Positions 50,201 to 62,400 of a DNA stretch of 64,000 bases are shown piece after piece. The DNA is from Thalia democratica (Eukaryota), in the NCBI GenBank assembly GCA_965202585.1, contig OZ241830.1, positions 69,936,001 through 70,000,000 on the forward strand, in the 5' to 3' direction. The notes under the pieces are model-generated. The model was not told the DNA's origin. It worked only from the letters and a program-made list of their open reading frames with translations, and ran no database searches. The position numbers and the translations under genes are program-made. Numbering within the stretch: the stretch's first letter is position 1; every line of letters starts with the position of its first letter.

Positions 50201-53200
50201 CAATTTTCTTGTTTGCCTAAACATGCTTTATGATTTATAGTTTCGCTTTAATTGAATTTTACGTAAAATATCACAGATATAATTACCTGAATACTTAAGT
50301 AACATTATTTTATAAAATGACGTATATGATTATATGACTTTTATTAAAAATTATTGCTTTTCAATATTTTTACAGTTTGGAACCATGTTTGTATAAGTTG
50401 ACATTTGACTGCTACGTGTTTTTTATATTTAACCAAAAGTGTACTTACTGATACTTTGGCTTTATACCAAAAGCGAAAACTGCAAGCAACAATTTGGCAG
50501 CAGCATATAAGCAATCACAATCGATTGTCACATAACTACCTTCACACATACTAATTGACAATATGGTAGGATCTCAAGCAGCATGAATCAAATTATTTCT
50601 AAGAAAAATCAATTTGTCAAATATTAGTTAAGTGGTGACACTTCACTGGTTAAGAGCCGTTAGTGTTTGTTATGACGTCATAGATACATATCAGGTAAGT
50701 TTGCAGCCTTACAATTTGTAATAGGAACTTTCAGTTTGTATCACTTCAAATAAAAACTTACTTTCAAATTTTATAAATATATTTTTTATCTAAGTAATGA
50801 TACGATATGAGTCTAGCAAGACATTTGTTTTATTATTCCAAAGGTCGGCAAGGGGCAATTGAGACAGAGACAAGCCTCAATTCGACGTTGCAAGTTGCTT
50901 GTCGGCCGACGTCAGGTTCGTGTGTGAGATCGGAACCTTTTAATTGCTCCTCCCCAATTTGTAGCGAGGCTGCCTAGTAACAACCGGCATTGTTTGTGAT
51001 TGACACATTCCACTGAGCGCACTCGAGTTTCCTATTTTGTTGTTACGTCACAATAGTGGTTTGATCTTTTTGAATGGAATTCACTTTTTTGAAACTTGTA
51101 ACATATTATCACAAGTCTTGCATAGGTGAGCGTAAATTTACTTAATGACATTAAATAGCTGAAACTGAAAATTAAAAAACTAAACAGAATTTGTATAAAA
51201 GTAGTAAAGTAATTTATTTGTTAATGTTTTTATGTTATTATAAACAAACTTTTGAACCTTAACAAAATTTAACAAACTTGTAAGATTTGTTCTAATATAT
51301 TTATTAAAAATTAAATAAGTTTCTGATAATATCTTTAACATTTTTACCTAAACTGCTATGCTTTTATACAACTTAACAACAAAATAAACATACATTGAGT
51401 TAAGAAAAGTGAAAAGTGTAAGATATACAACTAAAAAAGAATTTTAAACAGCATAAAGTATTTCTTTTTCATATTATAAAATTTTTCTTTAAAAGCAAAC
51501 TTTGAAAAACTTTAAGTTTTACTCAAAAGTTCTCAGTCAGGTAATAGATGCTGTAAATTGTAATTAGTATTGACAACTCAATAAGCCGAATGGTTATTGT
51601 CGATAACTTAACAATTAAATCATTAGTAAGTCCGTTTTAAAAATGTTTTTATAATGCGCTTTTGAGTTGCTTTAAGCCGTAAACTAAATTTATGAGCCCG
51701 GAAATAATGAAACATAACTATTGTTCCTTAAAAAAATAACTTTTTTTAACGTTTACATTATATGATCCAAAAAGTATATAAAACACTGTAGTTTTACCAA
51801 CACGTTTTTATTTTATTCACTTGACATGTGAGTTAATCGAACCGACAGTTTATTAGGTCAACAAGCGAAATCAACTTAACAAATATAAAATTTACTTTTG
51901 TTTTGCAAACAAAAAATTTAAAAAATATATTTAAAAGGTGTTTTAAATCAACAGTGTCAGAATTAAAAAGTTCATATCTGTATTTCTACTAAATATTCTT
52001 TAACCGGTTATACGTCATTATCAAATTTTTTAAATTGCGTTTTCTATCAAAATTATCTTATCATCAAAATAAAATTATTAAAAATGATGTTATGTATCAA
52101 TTTTTAGATGTAACTTTATATTTTCTTTTAAAAGCATAATGTTGAACTAAGAAAAACATTTTCGATTAAATTTATAAATTCTATTGTAACATATTTAATA
52201 ATTTTTTATACAAATTAATTTCTTAGAAATTTTTTATTAGTTTTATTGGTAAACTATTACTACATACATTATATTTTTAGCTTAAGAATACAATCGGCTC
52301 ATGTTAAACTATAAACTTAGATGTAATGCAAACATAAACTTTAAGTTTTTATTTTTGTTTATAAGACTGTTTAAAATAAACAAACTGAAAATAGTCGTTT
52401 TTGCAGTAAGGTTTGTTGTCCCTGACGAAGCAGGTTCTCATATCAGTCAGGTTGCATCCACATGCGGCGCACTTTAGACATTTTGAATGCCAGTTGACCC
52501 CCTGTGAGGTTCTGATGTAGGGACCGTGGATCAAGTGACAACAACCCATGCAAGTTCTGGTAAGAAGACCTAAAGAGTATTTCCAACAAGCTATAAATTA
52601 TAAAAAGATCAATTTGAAAACCAACCTTAGTAATTCATTGTAAATGTTTTCTTATTTGATGTGACTTACTCGTTATATAATGACAAAATCGACAGTTTAA
52701 TTTATCATTATTCTTATATTAACTGTACTTAATTTTAGGTTATAAGAAATTAGATACTTTAATATACTAAATAAAATATTAAAATTTTAGTTATCTATGT
52801 AACTAGCAATAGATTTTAAAAGATTTTATAAAATAGTTGTTGATCTCTCAGACTCATATCTAGACAAGTTCTGCATTTAACTGAAGTATTGAAAAAAATT
52901 AAGTTTATCAAATAAGATACTCATTTTAAAACACATTTGAGTAAAACATTAACATAAACAAAAAGCATATCCAGTTTAATTTTTTTTTGAATTTGTTAAA
53001 CATCGAAAGTACGTAAAAAGAAAGTTTTATAAAAATACTACTAACCTCTTTTACTTTTTTGTGTGTCGGTATTTTGAAGATCATCATTTATCATAATCTG
53101 ACTTGACCTGCTTGACATTGGGGTCATCCCCTGGCTTGAAACTTGTCCCTGGTTTGAGTAAAAACTAATTTCGCTTCCGGTGATTCCCCCTTCTTCGTAC

Positions 53201-53338
53201 CCAGGTGAGAAGTAGCCCTGAGAGCGGCTGCCCACCGAGTAGTCGTCAAAACTATTCCAATCAAAAATGTCCTGACTTTCTGGTGGTTTGTGACAAGGTG
53301 GAAGGTCTCCTGTCAACTTGACCATCTGCTGAGAGGTT
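44118..53338 (-). CDS. Isl: Islet-like copy C gene model: LIM1-LIM2-homeodomain, lacking the post-homeodomain WKxLSD exon; ~418 aa if exon 1 equals that of B
   Basis: join(53046-53338+, 52386-52569, 48241-48339, 47862-47989, 45558-45919, 45264-45328, 44118-44238), all GT-AG and frame-consistent. By alignment to B the ATG would fall ~5 nt into the N gap. Confidence 0.75.
45264..45328 (-). CDS. Candidate 65-nt linker exon of Islet C
   Basis: TTGTTGTTAAG|AGG...AAC AA|GTAAAT. GC-richer island, stop-free ([21 protein letters not shown]), phase 0 to 2, which joins the homeobox exon to the truncated last exon in its conserved frame. Prediction only. Confidence 0.5.
45558..45919 (-). CDS. Isl: Islet C homeobox exon
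   Basis: TTTACAG|AT...CAG|GTTAGC, 362 nt, phase 1 to 0. [14 protein letters not shown]...[30 protein letters not shown] is diagnostic of the Islet class. Confidence 0.95.
47862..47989 (-). CDS. Isl: Islet C exon 4 (second half of LIM2)
   Basis: 128 nt, same splice sites and phases as B exon 4. Confidence 0.9.
48241..48339 (-). CDS. Isl: Islet C exon 3 (first half of LIM2)
   Basis: 99 nt, [32 protein letters not shown]. Confidence 0.9.
52386..52569 (-). CDS. Isl: Islet C exon 2 (LIM1)
   Basis: 184 nt, all zinc ligands retained, same splice sites as B. Confidence 0.9.
53046..53338 (-). CDS. Isl: Islet C coding exon 1 (5' end cut by gap)
   Basis: Paralog of A and B exon 1, donor G|GTTAG. Confidence 0.8.
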
Positions 53339-53438
53339 NNNNNNNNNNNNNNNNNNNNNNNNNNNNNNNNNNNNNNNNNNNNNNNNNNNNNNNNNNNNNN
53401 NNNNNNNNNNNNNNNNNNNNNNNNNNNNNNNNNNNNNN
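53339..53438. other. Assembly gap (100 N, likely placeholder size)
   Basis: Run of exactly 100 N. Confidence 0.99.
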
Positions 53439-56400
53439 ATAATCTTTTTCTTTTATACGCTTTTATTATGCAGACACTTTCCGTGAAAACACAATTATAC
53501 AGATAAAACGTTGTTTTTAAAATACTTGTCTATAGTTTTAAACTATTTTCCAAAAAACTTATCAGTAACGATTTTTAAGGAAGTTTCTGAATTACATAAT
53601 AAAATTAAAAATAAAATCACAATCAAGCAGTGGATATCTAAATATTTATATAAGATATTATAAGCTTTTGGCGCAAAATTAAAAACTCTCGGGCCTGATT
53701 CTGTTTGATTTTTTGAAAATTAGCGGGCAGGCCAGTTTCACAGTTATTTTGAATAAATTTAAATGAAGAGGTTTAACTGCTACACATTAGACATAAGTTC
53801 AACTTGTTTTTATTCTGTGAAAAAAAACATATACAAGCAGTTATAGCTATACTTTAAAAATATTTGAAAAAAAGGAAGTAATTAAAAAAAAAGTATAAAA
53901 ATAATTATATAACATTTGCTCACCGAAAATGCGATAATTTTTTCCGTGCAAAATTTTGAATTATGTATTGACACATCCAACATCGGCTAACTGTGGTTAA
54001 TTCATATGCGGAAGGTCAATTTAATATTAGATATCAGTTATATCAGAGTAATTTATAAGTTAAATTTAATATTTTTTTATTTTGATTTGATAGACAACTT
54101 TTATAAAAATATAAATTTTACCGTGTGTTTCATTTTGACCCGTTTATTTTTATTGCCTACTTACCGGCCACATAAGTACTCTAATAGTATATTTGCATCA
54201 ACATTATATCAAAGAGCAACCGATCACAAACAAACAATAAGATTACATAAAATATTTACCTTTGGCGACTGACAAATTTCAAAAATAGCTTTCAGTTAGC
54301 ATCACTTATCAAAATGAGTTATTATTATTAAAAGTGATTTCTGACTATTTCACCATTTTTTCAATAGATTAAACTGTTAAGTTTTAATAATTATCAAAAT
54401 GTTTTATAAAAACAAATCTAGTTTATGTAAGTATTTATTTTAATCAAAATTGCAATGTTTTCAATTTTTCAGCACTAAGAATTGCTTTATTTTTGTAGTA
54501 AACTAGACTTCTTAAGAGAGTGAACGAAGCCATATTTACCACATTTTGCATTAGACTTAGTAGTTTTGAATCTGAAAAAAATAAACAGAATACATAAACG
54601 CACTTAATTAATTTCGAGTCGATACGTTGCTTGGTGACATGTTGCTAGTAACCGCGATGCTCGTTGCCATGCAAAATTACACTTGCGGCTGTCAGCATGA
54701 AATTGAGTTTGCCTGATTAAGCTTTAGTTAACTATATATATTTTTTTATTTTTAATATATCAATCAGTTTGCTTTTAATATAAACTCGGTATCATTTTGT
54801 TTTTATTCTGTTATATGTAGCAATACGATTATAAACTTTATGTCGAAAAATATGATGTCTGCATTAATCTTGTCATACAACTTACTTGTTTTTTTAGTTT
54901 GGTGTTGAAACATGTACGTAAATCTTAAGCCTTTTTTATTGAAAATGTTTCTTTCGACTATGTTTTATTTAAACAATTTGTATAAAAGTTCTTGTTTTAG
55001 AATATTTTGTATACTTTTGCTAACTTTGATGAGCAAAAGATTTATTTTACAGCAAATTATAATCAAAATTAATATTATAAAAATCCTAACTTATACAAGT
55101 TAAAACCTTACAGTTGTTTAAATTTTCAAATGGTTTAGTTTAGACTTAAATCGTCAAAAAGGTAACCAGTTACTAGTAAAGTTTGTTACTAATATGTTTA
55201 AATATAAATTTTAATGCCTACGTAATCGACTAAGTTAAGCATAATAACAAAAATTGAAGTATAAATTTTTTGAAAACCTTTTTTTCTCACGAAAAATCAT
55301 TGAAATTAAAGATTATATTGCTCAATGTTTTTAATCTAGAATAACTAGTTGTAAAAGTTTTTTTTAAAGTTGTTTACAAACTCTTTTTTCTGTCTAAAGT
55401 TTCTGTAAGTTTAAATGTAACTTTTATGTTGTTCATCAGAAAAATGTTCAATGTATATTTTCTATAACTCATAAACAAACTTCAAACAAAGAAAGCCGTA
55501 TTTAAACGTATATTTTTCAAGTTTACTGTAGTTTCTAGCATCTAGTAATTTACCAGACTCAGAATGAACTTTCTTTGTTTTAGTGAGGAATAAATTATAA
55601 ATAAATACAAAATACTGACCCAAAAACAGTGACTTAAATTATTTGTCATCTTAAGATCTGTACAAGCATTCAACAAATCTTCTAAACTAAAAAAATTGCT
55701 TACCACTACGTCAAAATATTTATCTTGCGGTTATCAGTCGCCTTTTTAGACATTCAAACTTTACATTGAGGAAGCAAAAAAAAACGTGGCGCCAATTAAT
55801 TTTTAATGAAGATAGTCTGTCCTTTTGTTGAGGCATCAATCTTTAAAGAACACAATAGAAATGTCTAAGACGACAACTGATAAGAAACTCATGCAGTTTC
55901 GATCGTAGAAAACTTCGTTAACACTTTTATATTTGTCATTATAGTTGCAATTGTGATTTATTTGCTGTGCATTTGAAAATAGAAGTATGTGCTGGGTTCA
56001 AAATAAGATGAACAAAACGCATAAATTCTTTCATCATTAATTTTGTTTAATTTGTTTAAAACAAACCATTTAAATTCTTTAAGAATGACATCTTAAATGG
56101 TATTTTTAAATATTACCTCAATTTTAACCCGTAAGAGCATATCTTCAGAAACTAACGGACATCTTTTACGTTAATTACTTTAATCATCGTAAGTGTACTG
56201 AAGACTAGCAGTGAAATCAAGATCTTCGTGTTTTTTTTTCATGATTCATGGTTTTATTTTTTAACATACTTTTGTTATAGTTGAATTGTTGTAATAGTGT
56301 TTCTTAAATAATGTTAAACAAATATTTATGACAAATAGTGTTTAATGCAATTTTTCTTGTAATACTCAAAACAGCCGCTAGTGAGGCGACAAGGAGCTGT

Positions 56401-59400
56401 AATTGAGCGAACCGAAAAAGAAAAAATGATAAGGAGATGAAGAATTTCAGCAAATTTTTTATTGTTACCTCTGCGTTTAGAGTTTTTGTTAGAAGCGCAA
56501 CAGACAAAAAATAGAGTAAAAGCTAGTAAGTGTTTGATTTATTGACTGAAGGAGTTAAATTACTGTAAGTCTTTTTTAGATGTTAGACGTTTTGTTTTAA
56601 GCAGGAGTTTTGTTAATTTTTTTTATTTAAAGCTGCACACAAAAAAAAAAACTTGAACCATTTTTTTTATTTATTTTTAATTTTTTTTACATTTGAGGAT
56701 TAATGGTCATACTTTGACTTAAATAAATGTTTAAAACTAAAAAGCTCGTTTTTATTTTTTTTTTGTGGTTCGTGGGAAATTTATTTATTATTCATAAGTT
56801 TAAATCTCACAATAGCCTTTTCAAACTCGACTTTACAGCGCTATAACAGCTGTGTGTGTAAAAATTTCGTACATAAATATAATACACGCGAAATATTATA
56901 CCTCACAGAATTTGTTGTGTTAATACGGGTTAAAATGGCGGCTTCAACTTAATCAAGCGTTGAAATATGTGGTGACGTAACAACCGAAAAAGAGGTTAGG
57001 TGATGAAATTTTGAATTAAAATAAAACCCTGAACATCTGAAAAGAGGCATTTAAGTTTATTTCTATGGAATAAGTTTATAAGCTCTCACGTTTGAATGAA
57101 GTATTTGAAGTATCAATGAGACACCTGACTTGAATAGTTAATTATTGACTTTATTGATTTGTACAGGAATGGCAAAGTTGTACTGTTCACTGTAGTTTCT
57201 ATTTAATCCAGAAACTGAACACGTAAATATTTATACACTAAACTAAAATGCAGATTTGAAATAGTTGTTTTTAAAAGTAAATTGTATAGAATTATCAGTT
57301 AATTTCAGCTCAAACTACTATGCTAAACAAATAGCTAACGTTTAAAAGTATTTAAACTCTTACACTTATATACTGTTTAAATAAAACAGTAACTACGCAA
57401 TCATTTACAAAATAGCTCGCGAAACTAGTATGTAATTTACTATATATATAGTCTGATGAACAATCTATGCAGCATTTTTTTAACTTGAACGATAGACTAA
57501 AATATAAACAAAAAATGGTTTGTTACAAAAATGTTGAAGCGAATAATAAAATTCTTTTGGTGTTTTAATAATAAAGCTGTCCATTTAAATCACAAAATGT
57601 TTGCTTGAGTTTCTACTGGTTTATTACTCTCTATTGTAAAGTGCTTCTTAGTTGATAAAATTTTGACAAGAATACAATGAAATTTACTAGATACGGTCCT
57701 TATTTGTAATTAGGCGAGGAATGAATGATTATTTGGTTTTATTTAATTCGCAATTTGTTAAAGTTTTTTGTGTTTTTTATAAACGCTCACTGGTCAAAAG
57801 TATTCCGTATACTTTTTACGAAAAAAAACTAACGTTGATTTTGAAGGTGACACAAACTTATTGTTTTTATTAATACAACACGGTAGCGACAGTTTAACAC
57901 TTTCTAAAAGTGTTTTTTTTTTAAACGTTTCTGAATCTTATGATTTCTTGCGCTAATATAAAAAGCGCGCATAAAATCGATTAAACACTCTGCTTTGATT
58001 TGTCAGTACATTTTATCATGTTTAAACAGAAAACTGCCTGCTGATCCAATGAATACTGTGAGCGCGTTTGTGTGATGATAAAATGAAAAAGACAAAAAAA
58101 CGGATTCCAACCAAAGCTTTGATTACAGAAAGTGTTTAACTGTAAAACTAGTTAAACTATTATTAACAATGCAGTTTGTAATGTGATGGGTTTTTTCTGT
58201 ATGTACCACTATGACAGTTCAGTTTTGCAACAAAAGTAAAAATAAGCTCTTAAGATTAATCTATGCTTTTGTGGCAACTGTATTCAGCTTAAAATAATCA
58301 AACCTTCTTTTCTTAGAAAAAAATAAGTTGTTATAAAAATGATTTATTAGCTTTTCAGTAAGTAACTGACCCGTATTGAAGGTTATAGGAAGTTATAAAT
58401 ACTTCAGCAAAATTAGTTTAATTAAGTTACTTAAATAATTAGTTTTACTTTTACTGTAAGATAAACGTAGTCACATTTTAATACATAAATATTAAAAAAA
58501 ATACCTTATCTTAAATTACAATTGAATAGGTGTATATAAAAGAATTTTATATACAATTATAAATGCATTTAAAAAAACCTTTACACTCTGGTGTTAAAAC
58601 TCACAGTTTATTTTGTAATTTACATGTATTACATTAATTTAAATTTAAGTAAAAAATGACACAAAACATTTGCTAAGTATTGTTTGAATATTTCTGTTAT
58701 TGTTTAAAAAATCATTTTCTTTCAAAAATTGTATCACAAAAAACATAAACCTAAGTATGTTTGCTATATCAATTTATTCTTTTTTAGTTTAATAGAAAAA
58801 CAGATTTAGAAGTAAGCGTATAGACAGCACTGTATAGTTTAAATTAAACAACTTAAAAAGCTGATATTAAAAACAGTATCTTTAAATTTTCGTTATAGGA
58901 TTTAAAGCAATGCAAATAATACAAAACAGATCAAAACAAGTTTGCATATTAACATTGATGACAAGTTGGCAAGTTAAAATGCAAAACATACATTTTAGTT
59001 ACATTTTACACGTGTTTTCATTCAAACGTCCTGACCATCAAACATCAATCAATTTTACGTCAGAATCGGAAACGAAAATAGAAAGTGATGTTATTACGTC
59101 ATAGAGTGTAGAGTTTTCGATCTATAGCATAATAAGCTTGTGGCTGTTTTGTTTACTTCCGCTTTGTTCTAAAGCATTCTTAGCATATAGTTACTTTGCC
59201 GATGACGCTTAAAACTTTTATAGAAATTCTTCAAGCTTTGCTAGTCGCCATTCATATCTAGAAAGATTAAGCTGTTTTGATTTAAATCGTATCATTTTTA
59301 TGCTGACTAAAGTTAAGATTGTTACTTTTATTTAAAACTATTTGGGTTAATTTATAAATATTTGAGTTACTCTTTTTAGGCGGTTAGTATTCTATTTTGT

Positions 59401-62400
59401 GATCTAAACCCGTATTTTATTTTTTAGGAGTTATTATAAGTACTATGAGAAATCAGCGATAACATCGTTTTAACTTTTTAAGTAAATATTTATATGTTAC
59501 ATTTATTTTATTAAAGCTTTAACATGGCCTTTTCAAATATAAACAGCTTATATACCGGTAGTTCGTACTTAGGAAATGCGTACCTAGTTGGCAGGTTTAC
59601 TGTATTTAAGTTTAAATTTATTATCTACATTCGTTTTATTAAGGCTTAAAAGTGACGGTATAATATCTTTTTAAATATAAACGACTTGTAAAACTAATGG
59701 TTTTAATTGTTTTATTACCCTAGTAGAGACGGAAGCAAATTATATCATATTTGAGATAATAAAAACATAAGTGATATCGCTTAAAGAAAAACTTGTAGCG
59801 GATATTTACACAAAATAAAAACATTATACTCTCTTCAAATTACACAATCTAATAAGATAAAATTGTAATGTAAATTATTGTTTAAGAGTTTAAAATACGA
59901 TAAAAAGCTTGTTGTTTTTCTTATTTTTGCAAACATGAACTACTTATCTATAAACATTTAATAATAAAGTTAAGTGTTGCTTATAAACAGATAGAAGGCT
60001 ACTTATAATATTTTGATTTTTTTTTGTTTAAAACTAGTGTATAGTGCGCTAGAAAACAAATTAGATTACAAATTACATATCAGATAAAATAATATTTAGT
60101 CAATAATCTATACTTTATTTTTAATAAAAGGTAATGACTGAATTATCTATTATACAAATAAAAAAATAGAACAAGTTTTTCATAGTACAGTGCTTCCTCG
60201 CTTATCCGGTCTTCGCTTTTTCAGCTCCTTGCTAATCCGGCAGGCTTTAACTAAGAAGTAGATTTTTTAAAGAAGTAGAATTATTTAATTCAGCTAAAGT
60301 CATGTTTAATTAAAGTTATGTTTCTTATATTATTTCTATAGCAAACTTATTATTAGCAAGCAGTTTATACTTACGTCATAACTATAGTGTATTTAAAAAA
60401 AATTTGTTCCATTTATTTATGTCGAGTTAATTGCTTTTTTCTTTAAAAAAATAATTAAAATAAATAAACAGAAAATTTAGTGTGCGTCTTATTGTACGCA
60501 CTTCATAATGTAAAAGGGTAGATAATACATGAAAAAAAAATATTTGCTTATATCCGGCCAAAGGCTAATCGGGCTGTTATTTTTAAGCTTGCCTAACATA
60601 GCCGGATAATTGAGAAAGTTCCATATTAGTATATTATTACTGCTGAGAGTTACTATCGATCAAATAATATCAATGAAAAATGTTATATTAAACTTTAAAA
60701 CTTACTTTTAAATCTTGAAACTTAATAAATTCTAATTTTGATGTTCAACGTGCGAACTTTCCATTAACTATTAAACTTAATAATTTTGTAGGTACTTTAC
60801 ACTCAGTTTTATCTGTATCAAAAAAAAAACTACAAAAACCTCTATTATAAAAAACAGGCATATTTATTTTTTTTTTAATTTTTGATATTAAATTACTCTT
60901 CAATGTTGTAAATCATTTATTCAATAAGATTTTAAACAAATATTGTTATGGTTTTTAGCTTTTCAATACATTATAAAATAACTTTCTGTTAAACTTTTAA
61001 TACACAAACTGGAAACTGAAAATAAATTGTACTTTATGTGTTTAATCATTTATTTCGAATTTATTAAGAAAACTATAAAAAATACCATGATCTAACACGT
61101 AGACAATAAACACATTTTAACAAAACTCTAAGCTGTCTTTTACATCGTAAAACACGTAATATATAACACTTATTTTGTTAATTACCTCGCATTTTTTCAC
61201 TCTACTTTCATAGCAATAATTCAAATATAGAGCTAATGGTTGCCAACAGCAACGCGTTTCAATGCAGATTTAACGCATGATTGCACACCGGTGGCGCTAC
61301 CGTTAGGCTTGAACCAATCAAATTTTGAAAATATTTCAAAGCGTGTGACTTGACACAGTAATTACTACTTTAGCTTCATCTAGGCGGGTTTACTATTAAT
61401 CCTTTGTCTTGTTTTGAAAACCTTAAATGAAAGTAATTTGTAAACCTCGATAATTTCACAAAGTAAATGCAACCGTAATATATCAAATTTTTTTTATTGT
61501 ATTTGTTAAAACAATCGAATAAATTAAAGTTGTCATTTACTAATCAAACATTGTATTGCGTTGTGTTCAAAGCTTCAACTGAAGTTCTGTTTATAGCTTC
61601 TAATCACATTGATCTAAAACAGGAAGGAACAATTAGCTGTAAGTTATTAATCCAATTAAAACTTACAGATTCGGAGTTCTATCTGCATGTGTTGAAGCTT
61701 AAATAATTATGCTGTGTTAGATCGCTTGCTTATGAGTCATATTGGCTTACGAACAATTTTTGAGGAACTTAGAAATGGTTATAGATGAATACTTTCAAAT
61801 TAGTTTAGATATTTTCATTTTAAATATTGTTTTAAATACATATCGCTATTTAGTTAAGCATTTTACTAATGTTAGAATAAATAATATGATAAAAGTACCT
61901 AAAATTAGGTATAACAGAATTCTTGAAATTATCTATTTTGTGTAAACGGTAGAGCAATTATAAATTTAATATGATAAAAAAATAGAGCAAAACAAAAAAT
62001 AGCGATACTTGTGTGTTAACAGCAAACTACCTAAAAATCAAGTTTTTATTTGAAACACATTTGAAACCACACGATATAAAAGATTGATTGCAAGATATTT
62101 GGCATGCAAAATGTAGTCAATATATCTGCGTACTTCGTGTTATTTGGTAGTGTACAAAAAACGAAGTGTTTGATGCTTTATTTTAAATAAAGAAAAAAAA
62201 TATGTTTCAAATTAAATATTAAAAATACAATGAAAAGACATTAAAAGCATTTCTGTTGGCAGTATGTTTTAATAAGTTTCGAAAATAAAAATTTAATATA
62301 CAACTCCACATGTTTAGAATGACAAATAATTTTAGAAGCATTTTTTTTGTGTCAATTGTTAAAATGCGTTTGTTTCTGAAACTTAATCCTTCTGTTAAGA

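Larger units (their letters stand above)
28196..53045. repeat. Tandem segmental unit II (B exon 1, upstream region, intact kelch, Islet C body)
   Basis: Collinear with unit I. Exon-1 to exon-1 spacing is about 24.85 kb. Confidence 0.85.
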
